This document shows positions 37,991 to 50,725 of a stretch of 64,000 nt of DNA, in pieces. Source of the stretch: the human T2T-CHM13v2.0 reference genome, Homo sapiens; the NCBI GenBank assembly GCA_009914755.4, contig CP068257.2, forward strand, positions 31,232,001 to 31,296,000, given 5' to 3'. The translations under genes and the position numbers were made by a program. How positions within the stretch are numbered: the stretch's first letter is position 1; each line of letters begins with the position of its first letter. Under the pieces are notes generated by a model. That model was not told the DNA's origin. It did not search any database and saw nothing but the letters and a program-made list of their open reading frames with translations.

Positions 37991-40671
37991 GCGACTCTTC
38001 TGGAAATTTGGAATCATTTCAAAGTAAACAACATGAAAAAAAAAAAAAGAATTGGGGCTGAAAGATGCAAGCAGCCTTAAGACATTTCCCATGTTTGTAT
38101 GGTTTCCTCTCTACTGTGTTGCCCCCGCACTTGACAGGACAAAAATGGAGTAGCGCTAAGAGGGTGGAGATGGAGAGGAATAAAAGTATAAGGTGGAAAA
38201 AAGAAAAGAAACCAGCCAAGTCCTTGTGCCCACCATGGCTTCCAGCCTGAAAAAGGTCTGAGCTGGGGTTGAGGAGAAAGATGAACACCACTTCCAGGTT
38301 GGAACTGTTATCTATATATGTCACAGATGTCCTAATAGCAGAAATAAGACAGTATTTTTGACTTAAAGTGCATGTCGAACTCCTGAGACCTGCGGAAACT
38401 TTTACCTAAAGCAGGGGAAGATGATTACCACTGAATATTCAAGTGGTGAGAGGCCAGAAATACAGTTTCATCTTTAATCGTGTCCCATAAGTAAAGTTCT
38501 CTCCTGTTGCCAGTCTGGGAGAAAGAGGTCGTTTTAGTTAAGGAAGCCTGCTGTTTCTTTGCACTCTCATTACATAATTACTTGTAGAAACCCATGCTTG
38601 ACAGAGTTTCTCACTTATTGTAAACAGCGTGGATAATGCCTTAGAAAATCTGTTAACTTCCCAGTTGTCAGGTGACATCTTGAATAGGGGTGCTTAAGAA
38701 TGGGGCATTGAGCAGCAGCTGGCGAGGGCTAAGGAGACAGCTTCCCCAGCCTCGCAGTTTGGGCGTGGCTTGACTTAGAACCCACAGACTTCCACAGAGC
38801 ACCTCCGTGATGGGGCCCTGCATATATAGTTTTATTCCTGGTATGATTTGAAGGTCCTTGCTATGGGATTGCAAGGCAGGTGTTACTTTCTTCACCTCAG
38901 GAAGGATTTACAAAGGACTCCTTACACTTAGATGGCCTGAGAGTCATTCACAGAGCCTGAGACAGACAGAAGGAAGGGTCAGGTACTGCAGTACATGGGC
39001 CCAGGAGATCTGAGATGGGTCCCTGCCCTGCCCCTGCTTGGCTAAAGGACCTTGGATTTCTCACTTCACCACTCTCGACCTTGGCGGCTTGTCTCATCTG
39101 GAAATGGAACATGAGAGTTGTCAGAATTAAAATGGAGTCACTATGTTAAAAACCCAACCTCACAAATAGAGCCAGGGAAAGCCATGAAGAGAGGGCTCTT
39201 ACGTTTGTGTGCTTGATAACACAAACTGTCACAAAAGACTGCAAAAGCCGCAACCCTGCACAGAGGCCATCACAACCTTACACAAAGAGTACTTCTGCAG
39301 GAACATCTGCGCAGCAACTGTCTGCCCAACCTTGACTGGAATCACCCTTGGTATTGATATTTGTAGCCAAAGATAGTTACCTCAAAACAATGATGTGCTC
39401 ACCTCAGTTCTTCCTCTAAAAACCTTTGTATTCCTTCACCTCCCTAACTATGCATGTAATTTACTGTGGCACATGTATTCTCATTGCAATGCTGTGTTCC
39501 CAAATCAATATCTTATTCTTTTACAGAGCCTCTCTCTGTTTGTTATCTAGGTTGGCTGGAAAGTGGTCTCAACTCTACCCACAGTCCCTTCTCATCCATG
39601 AGTCTCTGATTATCTTCTTTGGAGAGATGCTCAGAGCTCAATAAGCCCAAATAGTCCTTTATCACTCAGGGTACAGCAGGCAACAGACAGCATGCTCAAA
39701 TTGTGTTATTTGAGGAAAGTGTAATAAAGGGACCCTTTACAATGATGTGGGCAGGTTACAGGGCAGCCACAAGGAGTACTGTGGTGTTTCTGGGCTAGTA
39801 ATCATGGTGGGCACTTACCCTCTTCAGGCCTAAGAGCGCAGGAGCCTGAGACACAGAGGGCTGGGGTTGGAGGGATTTGGCCAGCCTGCAGTGACCCCAG
39901 AGAGGGATCAGGAGAGGACATGGACTGATCTCACATTTCTATCCCCATCTCTTCTGCAGCCCATGACGTCCCCATTGACTGGAGACAACCAGAAGTTGGA
40001 GAGCAGGGGAGCCCATTGATGTGGCCCTTTGAGGTCAGACCCATGGCATAGAGCAGGGGTGGAAGCAGGGCTGGAGGGGCAAATGAGAGACATCCAGCAC
40101 AGGGTACCCTTCATCCCCCAGTGTTTATGTTTGTCCTTTACCCAGGTTATAAATGTGTGTCCCCAAAAAGGACAAAGTCATTCAAAGTCCCAAAACCTAA
40201 AATATTAGCCACCTTCATTCAAGGTAATGAGGGGAAAGGGAAAGGAATGGCTGATGTGTATAACCACCATAGTACCTGATGGAGCAGGTTACAAGTCCAG
40301 GTTGGCCATCACAGCTGCCTTCTTCCTACCACCCTTCTACAGTTCCCTTTGTCTTATGCCAGTTTCGGTTTGCCTAAGTTCTTTACCTAGAGGGATGAGC
40401 TAAGCCTTCATTCTGGAAGTATCTCTGTCCTTGGAGATCTTTTCTCCATTGTCTAAGCCTACTGGGCAAGGAAGTACTAAGAAAGTTCCCAGTGTATCTC
40501 TGGGGATCCACACATAGAACTCCATTCCCCCATTAGGTAACTTGCTCCTTGGTTATTGGAATCAATTACTGTGTTCAACACAGTGACCCTTTCTCTGCTT
40601 GCTGATTAAGCAGCAGGCAGATTTCTCCCCAAAACGCATGACTTGGAAAGCATGTTCCCCTTGGACACTGT

Positions 40672-41080
40672 ATCAGTCAGGGTTCCAGCAAAAAACAAAA
40701 CAAACAAACACAGAACAAGTAGCATATATACATCAAGAGATATATTGCAAGGAATTGGCTTATGAGGTTGTGGCAGCCACCTAGGCAAGTCTAAAATCCA
40801 GAGGGTAGGCCATCAGGAAGGGCCACCTGGAACTCTAGGGCAGGAGCTGATGCTGCAGGTCAAAGGCAGACTTTCTTCCTCAGGGAAGCCTCAGCTCTGC
40901 TCTTAAGGCCTTTCCACTGATTGGAAATCTCCACCCAGAGTGTAGAGGACAATCTCCATTCCTTAAAGCTAGTGATTGTAGATGCCAATCACATCTGCAG
41001 GATACCTTCACAGCAACACCCAGATTCGTACTTGATTGAATAACTGGGTATTACAGCCTTGCCAAGTTGACACTTCAAAC
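40672..41080 (-). mobile_element. MLT1-like ERVL-MaLR solo LTR, antisense
   Basis: ctgtatcagtcagggttccagcaaaaaac ... gcaaggaattggcttatgaggttgtggcagccacctaggcaagtctaaaatccagagggtagg ... ccttgccaagttgacac. Reverse orientation of the tgtgtcaacttgg...ctgactaatacag LTR family. Confidence 0.6.
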
Positions 41081-41553
41081 TGACCATTACAGGCACTAAG
41101 ATCTCCACACCCTCCCAGTCTAAGAAGATAGGGATGGGATGCAAACATCCCTCCAAAGAGTTTCACGACATGATAGTGACAGGGATACTCTTATCTCCCC
41201 CACTCACCCCCCAGTCCCATGGATTCTGACTAAAGGAAAGACAGCACCAAACCTTAGATATCTTTAAGGACACATGGGGCAGAGGTAGACAGCTCTCTGA
41301 CCTCCCAGCATCTTGTCTCCCACCTAGAACTATACCCGAGCCATCCTCAGGCCACTCCACTTTTTATTAAACCAGAAGTTTCTGGGTGATGTGGCCCTTT
41401 GGGTTAATCTGGGCATGAGTTCATTGCCACACTTCCTTTGCCCTAAAATATGTCACCTGATCAGAGGTGATAATATAGGATACTATGGCAATGATGGAGG
41501 AATTCTGCAAGTGCGGGAATAGTGGTACTGATCAAAGCATTATGAATAGGCAT

Positions 41554-41760
41554 GTTAGTCCATTTTGTGTTGCTATAAAGGAATACTTGAGGCTGGGTAA
41601 TTTATTTTTAAAAAGAGGTTTATTTGGCTTATGGTTTTGCAGACTGTACAAGAGGCATGGCACCAGCATCTGCTTCTGGTGAGGCCTCAGGAAGCTTTTA
41701 CTCGTGGTAGAAGGTGGAAAGTGAGCCAGTGTGTCACAGGCTGGGAAAGGGTGGGGGGGT

Positions 41761-41791
<31 letters not shown>

Positions 41792-41989
41792 TGATGCTAG
41801 GCTCTTTTAAACAATCAGATCTCACGTGAACTAAAAGAGCAAGAGTGCACTCCTTACCTCAGGGAGGGCACCAAACCATTCATGAGGATCTGCCTCGTGA
41901 CCAAAACACGTCCCACTAGGCCCCACCTTCAACATTGAGATCACATTTTAACATGAGATTTGGAGGGGACAAACATCCAAACTATATCA
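41554..41989 (-). mobile_element. MST-type ERVL-MaLR solo LTR, antisense
   Basis: tgttagtccattttgtgttgctataaaggaatacttgaggctgggtaatttatttttaaaaagaggtttatttggcttatggttttgcagactgtacaagaggcatggcaccagcatctgcttctggtgaggcctcaggaagc ... gagatttggaggggacaaacatccaaactatatca; internal (GA)n-like gagagagagagagagagggagagagaga. Confidence 0.8.
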
Positions 41990-42074
41990 ATAGGGAAGAC
42001 AAATCTGTATCAGAGATATATCTATCTCTGTGAAGAATAAGTTCTACCACATTCATGATGGAAGGGCCCTGTGG

Positions 42075-42478
42075 GGGTTACTTTCATGTGTCAGCTTGGC
42101 TGGAACATGGTGGCCAATTGTTTGGTCAAGCACCGGACTAGATGTTCCGGTGAGAAGATATTTTAGATACGACTGGTATTTAAATCCATGGACTTTATTA
42201 AAGCAGATTGTTCTCCGTGATGCATGTTGGCTTCATCCAGTCCACTGAAGGCCTTAAGAGCAAAGACTGAGGTTTCCTGAGGAAGAAGGAGTTTCCAGCC
42301 TGCTGCCCTATGGAATTCATACTCAATACTGCAGCATCAACTCTTACATAGGTTCAGATTTTGGACTTGCCAGTTTCCACAGTTTCGTGAGCCAATTCCT
42401 TAAAATAAATCTCTTTCTCTCTCTTCTATTGGTTAAGTTTCTCTGGAGAACTCCCATTAATACAGGGTTCAATATAAT
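42075..42478 (+). mobile_element. MLT1-like ERVL-MaLR solo LTR, sense
   Basis: tgtgtcagcttggctggaacatggtggccaattgtttggtcaagcaccgg ... gtttccacagtttcgtgagccaattccttaaaataaatctctttctctctcttctattggttaagtttctctggagaactcccattaatacag. Confidence 0.65.
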
Positions 42479-42699
42479 CAACTTGCTGGTATCCCTGGGA
42501 AATAGTAACAGCTTAGAGGCTCAGATACAGTCTCTGCTGTTGACAAATTGGAAACTCATCAATAGCTGTAGCTAAATCAGCCCTGGCGAGGAAAAGTCCA
42601 TAGTGATGAACCCATGTATAAACCTCCACCCCTGCCATATGGCCACTTTGTATCTGAGCCCATTGAGTGAGCCACATGGTTAGTCAACCTCTACAGGAC

Positions 42700-43090
42700 A
42701 GGTCAACTTAACCACCTCAATTATTCTGCTCAAGCTGCTGTAGCGAGATACCACTGACTGGTTAGCTTAAACCATAGACATTTAGTTTCTCAAAGTTCTG
42801 GAGGCTGGAAGTCCAAGATCAAGGTGTCAGCAAGGTTAATTTCTGGTGAGGACTCTATTCGTTACTTGCAGATGGCTACCTTCTTTGCTGTGTCCTCACT
42901 TATCCTCTTTTCTGTGTGTGCAGAGAAAGAGCTCTCTGGTGTCTTTTCCTTTTCTTATCAGGACACCAGTCCTACCGGATTAGGGCCACACTCTTATGAC
43001 CTCATTTAACCTTAATTACCTCCTTAAAGGCCCCATCTCTGAATATAGTCACATTGAAGAGTTAGGGCTTCAACATGTGAATTTGGGGGG
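42700..43090 (+). mobile_element. Ancient interspersed repeat (LTR/MER-like; same family as 15650-15850)
   Basis: ttctcaaagttctggaggctggaagtccaagatcaaggtgtcagcaaggttaatttctggtgaggactc ... cttatcaggacaccagtcctaccggattagggccacactcttatgacctcatttaaccttaattacctccttaaaggccccatctctgaatatagtcacattgaagagttagggcttcaacatgtgaatttggggggcgggg. Confidence 0.55.
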
Positions 43091-43839
43091 CGGGGTTAGA
43101 CACAATTCAGTCCATAACACCACCTGATTTTTGAGAACCTCCTCCACAGTGAATGCCCTGTAGTGAAGAAGGCATGAATATCCATGCCCATTCTAAGAGA
43201 TCCATCCACATACTCCCAGACCTCTTTATCATCAATTTTCAAGTCTTGTTCCAAGTCACTGACTGGCTAACCAATCCATCAGTCACTCACCATGGATTGG
43301 ACTGGATCTACACCTCTGGCCACCTTTCCTGATTGCTTCCTGGATCTGCATAGATATCAGCACCTCATCCTCAGCCTTCCTCACCGCCTGATTTTCAAGC
43401 TTTCTGGCCTAGGCTATGACCTCAGCTCAGATGTTGAATTTAAGTGTAAGCTTGCAGAGCAAAATAAACTAATGAGGATTCCCTGAGTAACAATGAGTGA
43501 ATAGGCAGGAGCCCAGTGGTGGGCTTGCAGATGGCTACCTTCTTTGCTGCGTCCTCACTTAGCCCCCATTCCCCAAAGCATGTGCCATAGGACCATCAGA
43601 AGCCAGCTGGCTCCCAAATGTTTAGAATCACTATAGGATCAAAGTCTCTTTACACTTTGCCCTCAACTTGAACTTTATCTCATGCCAGCACTGTTCATAA
43701 TTTGAGTAATAACACATCACAGTGTGCCACGGATTACCTGTGTGCCATTTCCCCTTGGCAAGATAGGTATTACGGGGCAATGCAAATAGATGAGCAACTA
43801 GTGGCTTGCTGGTAAGTGTTGAACAACTGATTCTTAAAA

Positions 43840-43935
43840 AGAAAGGAGGAAGGTGAGGAAGGTTAGAAAGGAAAGGAGGGAGAAAGGTAGGGAGGGGAGA
43901 AACAAAGAAAGAAACAAAAAAGAGAAAAGAAAGAA
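43840..43935. repeat. GA-rich purine tract
   Basis: gaaaggaggaaggtgaggaaggttagaaaggaaaggagggagaaaggtagggaggggagaaacaaagaaagaaacaaaaaagagaaaagaaagaag. Confidence 0.8.
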
Positions 43936-44157
43936 GCCCTCATTGGTAGCATTTGCAAATTTCTATGGTATAAATATTCCCTACTATGGCTGATTTCAAT
44001 CTACCAACATAATTTCACTGAACACGTAGTTGGAAAGAGATGTACACAGTCAGCTCTTGTAAGCCAGTCATAGCTGGCTCCAGCACACCACGTGGCTATC
44101 TCAATCTTCAGAGTCTGTTCTGAGGGTCTGTTTCCTGGGGCTACTCCTGGAACCCAT

Positions 44158-45000
44158 TACTGTATCAGTCAGGGACCTAGCAACAAATAGATGGCCCACT
44201 AATAGGGAGTAATTTGAGAAAATTTTAACAAAGTAATTATTTACAAATAGTATTTTATAATTATTTAATTATCAGTTAATTTAATAATTATTCATTATAA
44301 TTAATAATATATACAATGTATAATATATAAATTATATAATATATTTATTATAATTAATAATTATAGAAATATATTTTTATATTATATTGTATATATAGAT
44401 GTATAAAATATTTAATATATAAATTGCATATTATATAAAATTTAAATGAGATTTATAAGATATATAAATTAATTAATTATATTTATAATTTATAAGTATG
44501 CATTTATAAATTTATATACATTATTTATAATGTATATACTTAATTATTATCTTATTAATTATATAATTATATTATTAGTTGCCTAATTACACTTATATAA
44601 TTAATTTATATAGTTATATTTATATAATTATAACAAATATAACTATATAACTTATAATTATATTTTATCTATATATGGAAATATTTTATATATTATAACA
44701 TATAAATAGTATAATTATAATGAAAATATATGAAAATATAAATAATAAATAATTATTCATTTAATAACTATTTAATTATTATTTACGAGTTAAGAGTGGG
44801 TAGGGTCTAGAGAAACCACAAAGGACAGTGAAGGTTTCTTGGGCTAGTAAGAGCAGGGCTCTGTTACAGTCCCTGGGCCTGAAGTGCAGAGGGAAAGAGC
44901 AGTTACTGGAACATGGAGACAGAGAGAAAGCCACGTGACAAGTCCTGGGTGCTTTGGTCAAGGAATGAAGCCAGCCTTATATCAATTCCTTAGGGAGGGA
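44158..45000 (-). mobile_element. MLT1-like LTR remnant containing a 590-bp A/T-only expansion
   Basis: Starts ctgtatcagtcagggacctagcaacaaatagatggcccac (the LTR end motif) and resumes gagaaaccacaa ... ggaatgaagccagccttatatcaattccttaggg. In between, 44200-44790 is about 99% A/T (taattat, tataatt, atatata words). Confidence 0.5.
44200..44790. repeat. Extended A/T-only low-complexity tract (TA-rich, many short palindromic words)
   Basis: About 590 bp with almost no G/C: attatttaattatcagttaatttaataattattcattataattaataatatatacaatgtataatatataaattatataatatatttattataattaataattatag ... Confidence 0.95.
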
Positions 45001-46194
45001 GCTGTAATTTCTTTTCCTCCTGCCCTCCAAACTACAATTTTTCCTCGTTGGTAGGGTGACCAATCGTCTCAGATTGCCTGGGATTATCCTGGTTTTAGCA
45101 GTTAAAGTCCTAAATCCTGGAAAATCAATTCGGTGATATGCACAGAAGCTTGGGGGAAATGTGTAAAAACCATATGGTGGCCCAAAAAATAGGGGCTGAA
45201 TGCAATACTGTTTTGGCTGTAAATGGGTACAGTGCAGATGATCCACCTTCCATAACCCCTGTTGCTGTTTCTCCCCTGACTGCTCAGGTTGGGGACCACA
45301 ACTTGTCATTCAGAATAGTGGATCATCCACGGTTGCAACTTTCCCAAGGTTGCAACTAAGTGTGCGTCACAAGTACACTGCAATCACAGGCATTAAGAGT
45401 CTGTCTTTGACTTTACCTGTGAACTAACTGTTGTCCTTTGTATCAAGATAGTACTCATTTAATTTTTAGCAGTTGTAAATATTGTGGCCATATTTTCTAA
45501 GAGTTCGGATAATTAAAAAAGATAGTGATTACAATACCAATGCTGGCGTAAACCAAGGCATCACTGGAAAAGAAGGCTAACCAACTGTGTTATCTTAATG
45601 ACATATGGAAGGACATGTACAACCAGATTAGAGAGGTAAATAATCAAAACAGAGCACGCTGCTCAATATGCAGAAAAGAGTTTTGAGCCAGGCACAGTGG
45701 AGAAGGGGATGTGAAAGTGCATGTGGAGACGACATCTCACAATTCTAAGATGAAACCGATATCCCTAAGTCAATCAAAAAACGTTGTCTACCAAAAAATG
45801 TCCAGTCAAAAATAGCAGCTGCTGCATTAGCTCAGTCATACCACACAAATCACTTTATCAAATCACTCTTTTGATCATTTTATAGGATTCAGTAAGGCTA
45901 TATTTCCTGATTCAGAGGTTACAACTGAAATGTCTTGCAAACAAACAAAAGAGATGAATAAAAACAATAAGAGATGTGTTGGTCCCTTACATGGTAGAAC
46001 TGATCTTTTCCTATCTTCCCCACAATCATGCTTTCTGCAGCTCTGAGTTTATAAGCTCTTATAAACTCAGAATATAAACAGCACTTATCAGAATATAAAC
46101 AGTGTTTCTGCAGCACTCAGTTTATAAACTCAGAAAATGTAAACCAAAAGATTACTGATACCTTATCTGAATAAAAACTAGACATTTACATCTC

Positions 46195-46281
46195 TAACCC
46201 CAGTGCCTTGGGAGGCTGAGGTGGGAACCTTTCCTGAGGCCAGGAGTTCAAGACAAGCCTGGGCAAAATGGTGAGACCCCC
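46195..46281 (+). mobile_element. Alu left-arm fragment
   Basis: cccagtgccttgggaggctgaggtgggaacctttcctgaggccaggagttcaagacaagcctgggcaaaatggtgagacccc. Confidence 0.75.
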
Positions 46282-46624
46282 TGTATTAGTCTGTTTTCAT
46301 GCTGCTGATAAAGACATACCTGAGACTGGGCAATTTACAAAAGAAAGAGGTTTAATGAACTTACAACTCCACGTTGCTGGGGAGGCCTCACAATCATGGT
46401 GGAAGGTGAAAGGCATGTCTTACAGGGCAGCAGGCAAGAGAAAAGAGCTTGTGCAGGGAAGCACCCCTTTATAAAACCATCAGATCTCATGAGACTTATT
46501 CACTATCATGAGAACAGCATGGGAAAGACCTGTCCCCATGATTCAATTACCTCCCACCTGGTCCCTCCCACAGCACATGGGAATTCAAGATGAGATTTGA
46601 GTGGGGACACAGCCAAACCATATC
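46282..46624 (-). mobile_element. ERVL-MaLR solo LTR (THE1-type), antisense, inserted into or abutting the Alu fragment
   Basis: tgtattagtctgttttcatgctgctgataaagacatacctgagactgggcaatttacaaaagaaagaggtttaatgaacttacaactccacgttgctggggaggcctcacaatcatggtggaaggtgaaaggcatgtcttacagggcagcaggcaagag ... gggacacagccaaaccatatca. Confidence 0.85.
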
Positions 46625-47774
46625 ACCCCCCATCACTACAAAATATATATATATAAATACATAAAAAGAATAAAAATAAAAACTAGACTTTGTTAATCTA
46701 CCTACAGATATGACTGAGAATGCAAAGGTAAATTTTGGCAAATTATTTTCAGTCTATAAACTTCTTACCAATGAAAATGGAAAACTCTTATCTGCTAATT
46801 GTCATATATTTAGGGGGTGTGATTTGCTTATCTGGGATATTGATGATTTCATAATGAAAGCTTTTGGTCAGCTTTCATTTCTTTCAAAATGTGTAGAAAC
46901 AATGAGACTTTTGACTTTGTAGAAATGGTAGGAGGTAGTCTCCTTAGACGCATGCCTACAAGGTGGCTATTATCATTGCCTGCCATAGAGAAAATATTAA
47001 ATTGTTGGTCTATTGCAAAGTAATATTTTCAAAGTTTGGGATAAGAAGGATGTCCCTGTTTAATTTGGAAATACACTGAGGCTGATAATGGAGACAAGGA
47101 CAGAACTTATGTGCTCTTTCTCCAAAACTGTTTGGTGGTATTTGAAGAGCCCATAAGGAGCATAGAAAAGGATGGGCAGACTGGACTTCAGTTATTTGAT
47201 GTTATGTGGACATTGTGAAAAAACTCACTAAAAAAAGGACTTAGCAGATGAGGACAATAAGGCTTAGATTCATTCTAAAAAGTGATACTTTAAAAAATAA
47301 TAATAAAGCAGGTTTAAAACTATAAAAAACAGAAAATGGCAACAGAGCTTTCTTAATTTCTCTACTAAATTGGTAGTTTATTTGTAATCCAATTTAAGAT
47401 TTTAAAACTTAAAATTATCTCTGTGCTTTAATACCATTTTCTGTGAGAAACAAAGGTTTAACTTATAATGCCATCCAATGTACTTCAGACTAGGTAAAAT
47501 GATGGCCGTTTTGGACATGACTAACTCATATAACTAATTTATTGATACAAAGAATCTCACTGAGAAACACCTGGTTTTTCAAAATAAGTCTTTAGATACA
47601 AAGTGGATGGACAATCTTGGAGAGCTGCAAACTAATTCTTGCTTGTCTAAAAACTTGTTCTTGCTAGCGGATTACATGGCAAAATTTTAAAAGGGTTTCA
47701 CAGAATGTATGTGTTTACTATACATTATTATTACCCTTTCTCCAGAGAAACAGAAGCAATAAAAAAGCTATCAT

Positions 47775-47830
47775 CTTATTGTCTATCTATCATCTATCTA
47801 TCTATCTATCTATCTATCCATCCATCCACT
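47775..47830. repeat. (TATC)n / (ATCC)n microsatellite
   Basis: tctatctatcatctatctatctatctatctatctatccatccatccac. Confidence 0.9.
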
Positions 47831-48215
47831 GAGAAATTTATTTGAAGGAATTAGTCCACACAATTGGGGCTGCAAGGCTGAGATCTGCAGGGCAGGTGTC
47901 AGGCTGGAGACTCAGGGAAGAGTAGATGTTGCAAACCTGAGTCCAAAATCCACTGGAAACTCAGGCAGGGTTTCTATATTGCAGTCTGGAAACAGAGCTC
48001 CTTCTTCCCTGGGAAACCTCAGTCTTTGCTCTGAAGGCCTTTGACTGTTTGGAAGAGGCTCATTCACATTAAGGAAGGTCATCCGCTTTACTCAAAGTCT
48101 GCTGATTTATGTGTTAATCATATCTAAAACATACCCTCACAGCAACATCTAGAGTAGTGTTTGACCAGACAACTGGGCACCGTAGCCTGGATGACACATA
48201 TAATTAACCATTAAT
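47830..48215 (-). mobile_element. MLT1-like ERVL-MaLR LTR, antisense, its end replaced by the microsatellite
   Basis: gaaggaattagtccacacaattggggctgcaaggctgagatctgcagggcaggtgtcaggctggagactcagggaag ... ggcaccgtagcctggatgacacataaaattaaccatt. Confidence 0.55.
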
Positions 48216-48331
48216 TCCTGTAGGGGCGCCACATTAAAATGCTTTTTTTGAGAACATTGTTAGCTCAATGTCATCACCTTGGGCTGACACCAGGGCTCAG
48301 TGTAATATGGGCTTGATAAGAGGACAGCTGT

Positions 48332-48624
48332 GGCCGGGTGCGGTGGCTCACGCCTGTAATCCCAGCACTTTGGGAGGCTGAGGCAGGCAGATCACTTAAG
48401 GTCAGTAGTTTGAGACGAGCCTGGCCAACATGATGAAACCCCGACTCTACTAAAAGTACAAAAATTACCTAAGCGTGGTGGCAGACACCTGTAATTCCAG
48501 CTACTCAGGAGGCTGAGGCGGGAGAATTGCTTGAACCCAGGAAGCAGAAGTTGCAGTGGGCCAAGATCACGTCACTGCACTCCAGCCTGGGTGACAGAGC
48601 AAAACTCCATCTCAGAAAAAAAAA
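48332..48624 (+). mobile_element. Alu SINE
   Basis: ggccgggtgcggtggctcacgcctgtaatcccagcactttgggaggctgaggcaggcagatcacttaaggtcagtagtttgagacgagcctggccaacatgatgaaaccccgactctac ... Confidence 0.9.
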
Positions 48625-49244
48625 GAAGACAGCTTTAAGACGAAGTGAATTTTACATTTGACTATGTTGAGTTTTTCTACTACATGCAAGAGAAATAAGG
48701 ATGTACTAAAGGCTCTTGAAAGTTCAGAGAAGTATTAGCAGAAAAGGAAACAGAAGGAGCAAAAATATCCTACTGTATCATTGAATAGAAAAAAACATAT
48801 TATTGCTATTTTTTATTAAATCTAGATAATATCTACTTAATTAGTCCTATTGTATTTATGTTTTCTTTTAAAGGGCTTACATTTATGTATCTTAGAGATA
48901 TACAACAATGTAGCATACAAAATTTAAGAATCCAATAAACAGTTAAAATAAATTTCTGGTATCAGAGGACAGAAAGAAACATAAAAATATTGTTTTCTCA
49001 TATATTATTTGTTAATTAATCCTGCTATGAATTACTCTTAATTGCCACTATTACCTAGTACTACTATTATTTTGTTTAAATAATAGCATTTATATAACAG
49101 AAAATATTGAGTAACATATATAAATTTTAAACAAATACCTATTTTTCATATCTTCATGTTAAAGTAATAACACGTGTATATAAGTACTTATCATATATTA
49201 TGTTACTGCGGGGGGTGGTGGTTGTTTTTTAGTCTTTTAAAAAT

Positions 49245-49784
<540 letters not shown>

Positions 49785-50446
49785 TAGTCTTATATGGCCC
49801 TGTCCCAGGTTGATTCTCTAAATCATTGGTCATTCTGCCATTGGTCAGACATAGCCAGGAGCCAGAGAGTAGGGAACCTGTTGCTATAACCCATGCAGAT
49901 AAAGGACACAGAACAGAGCAGAGGTAAGTGAAGAATGGGTTTGGAGAAGCAAATGGCAGCCCTCTGAGTTGCTGGCTTGTTGTTGGTATTAATATGATCT
50001 CGGTGGTCCAAGACCACCAACAGCACGGCAACACTGACAGTTCAGCAGGGAAATGGAGAGTGCCGATTTCCACAGAGGTACCAGGGTTTCCCAGGGCTGC
50101 TTCCTAATCTCCTTTCAAGAAATGGTAGCACTTCTTATATCCCAGAGAGTGTCAAGTGAGTGCGACTTTTTGTCCCTGTGTCTATGGCCAAAAGCATGCA
50201 GTCATCTTGTGCTTCAGTTTTCTCTTCATCCTATGGCTCAGTTTTCTCTTCATCTGTAAAATGAAAAAAAAAAAAATACAGATTTGTTGAGGGATTAGGG
50301 ATAAAAGATATGAAGGTACTTTGAAAAATGTAAGAAGTGAATGATTTACTGGCATTTCTCTCTTCTGCCATTCAGGCCACTGGAGCACTTTTCAAAAAAT
50401 AATGCTATTCTAAAGTTGGATATTTGGTTCTAACCAGGAAGTAATA

Positions 50447-50725
50447 ACTATCATAATAATGGAAGACATTTATTGAGGGCTGACTGTGTGCCCTCACAGT
50501 CAATTCTCACAGAGAATCTGTGGGACATGTTTTCCCATGGCTTATCTTCTTTAATCCTCAGAACAACTGCAGGAAGTTATGCTATTGATGTATGTTGCAG
50601 ATGAGGAAAATAAGGCTTAAAGCATTAAATAACTTGGCCCAAGTTTCCATAACAAATAAGTAATAGATCTGGGACTTGAACCCAGGCAGTCTTTAGACCA
50701 CTAAGCACTCTGACTTCCTAATCAT
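50447..50725 (-). mobile_element. MIR SINE, antisense, near full length
   Basis: gacatttattgagggctgactgtgtgccctcacag ... ttaatcctcagaacaactgcaggaagttatgctattgatgtatgttgcagatgaggaaaataaggcttaaagcattaaataacttggcccaag ... ctgggacttgaacccaggcagtctttagaccactaagcactctgacttc. Confidence 0.85.
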
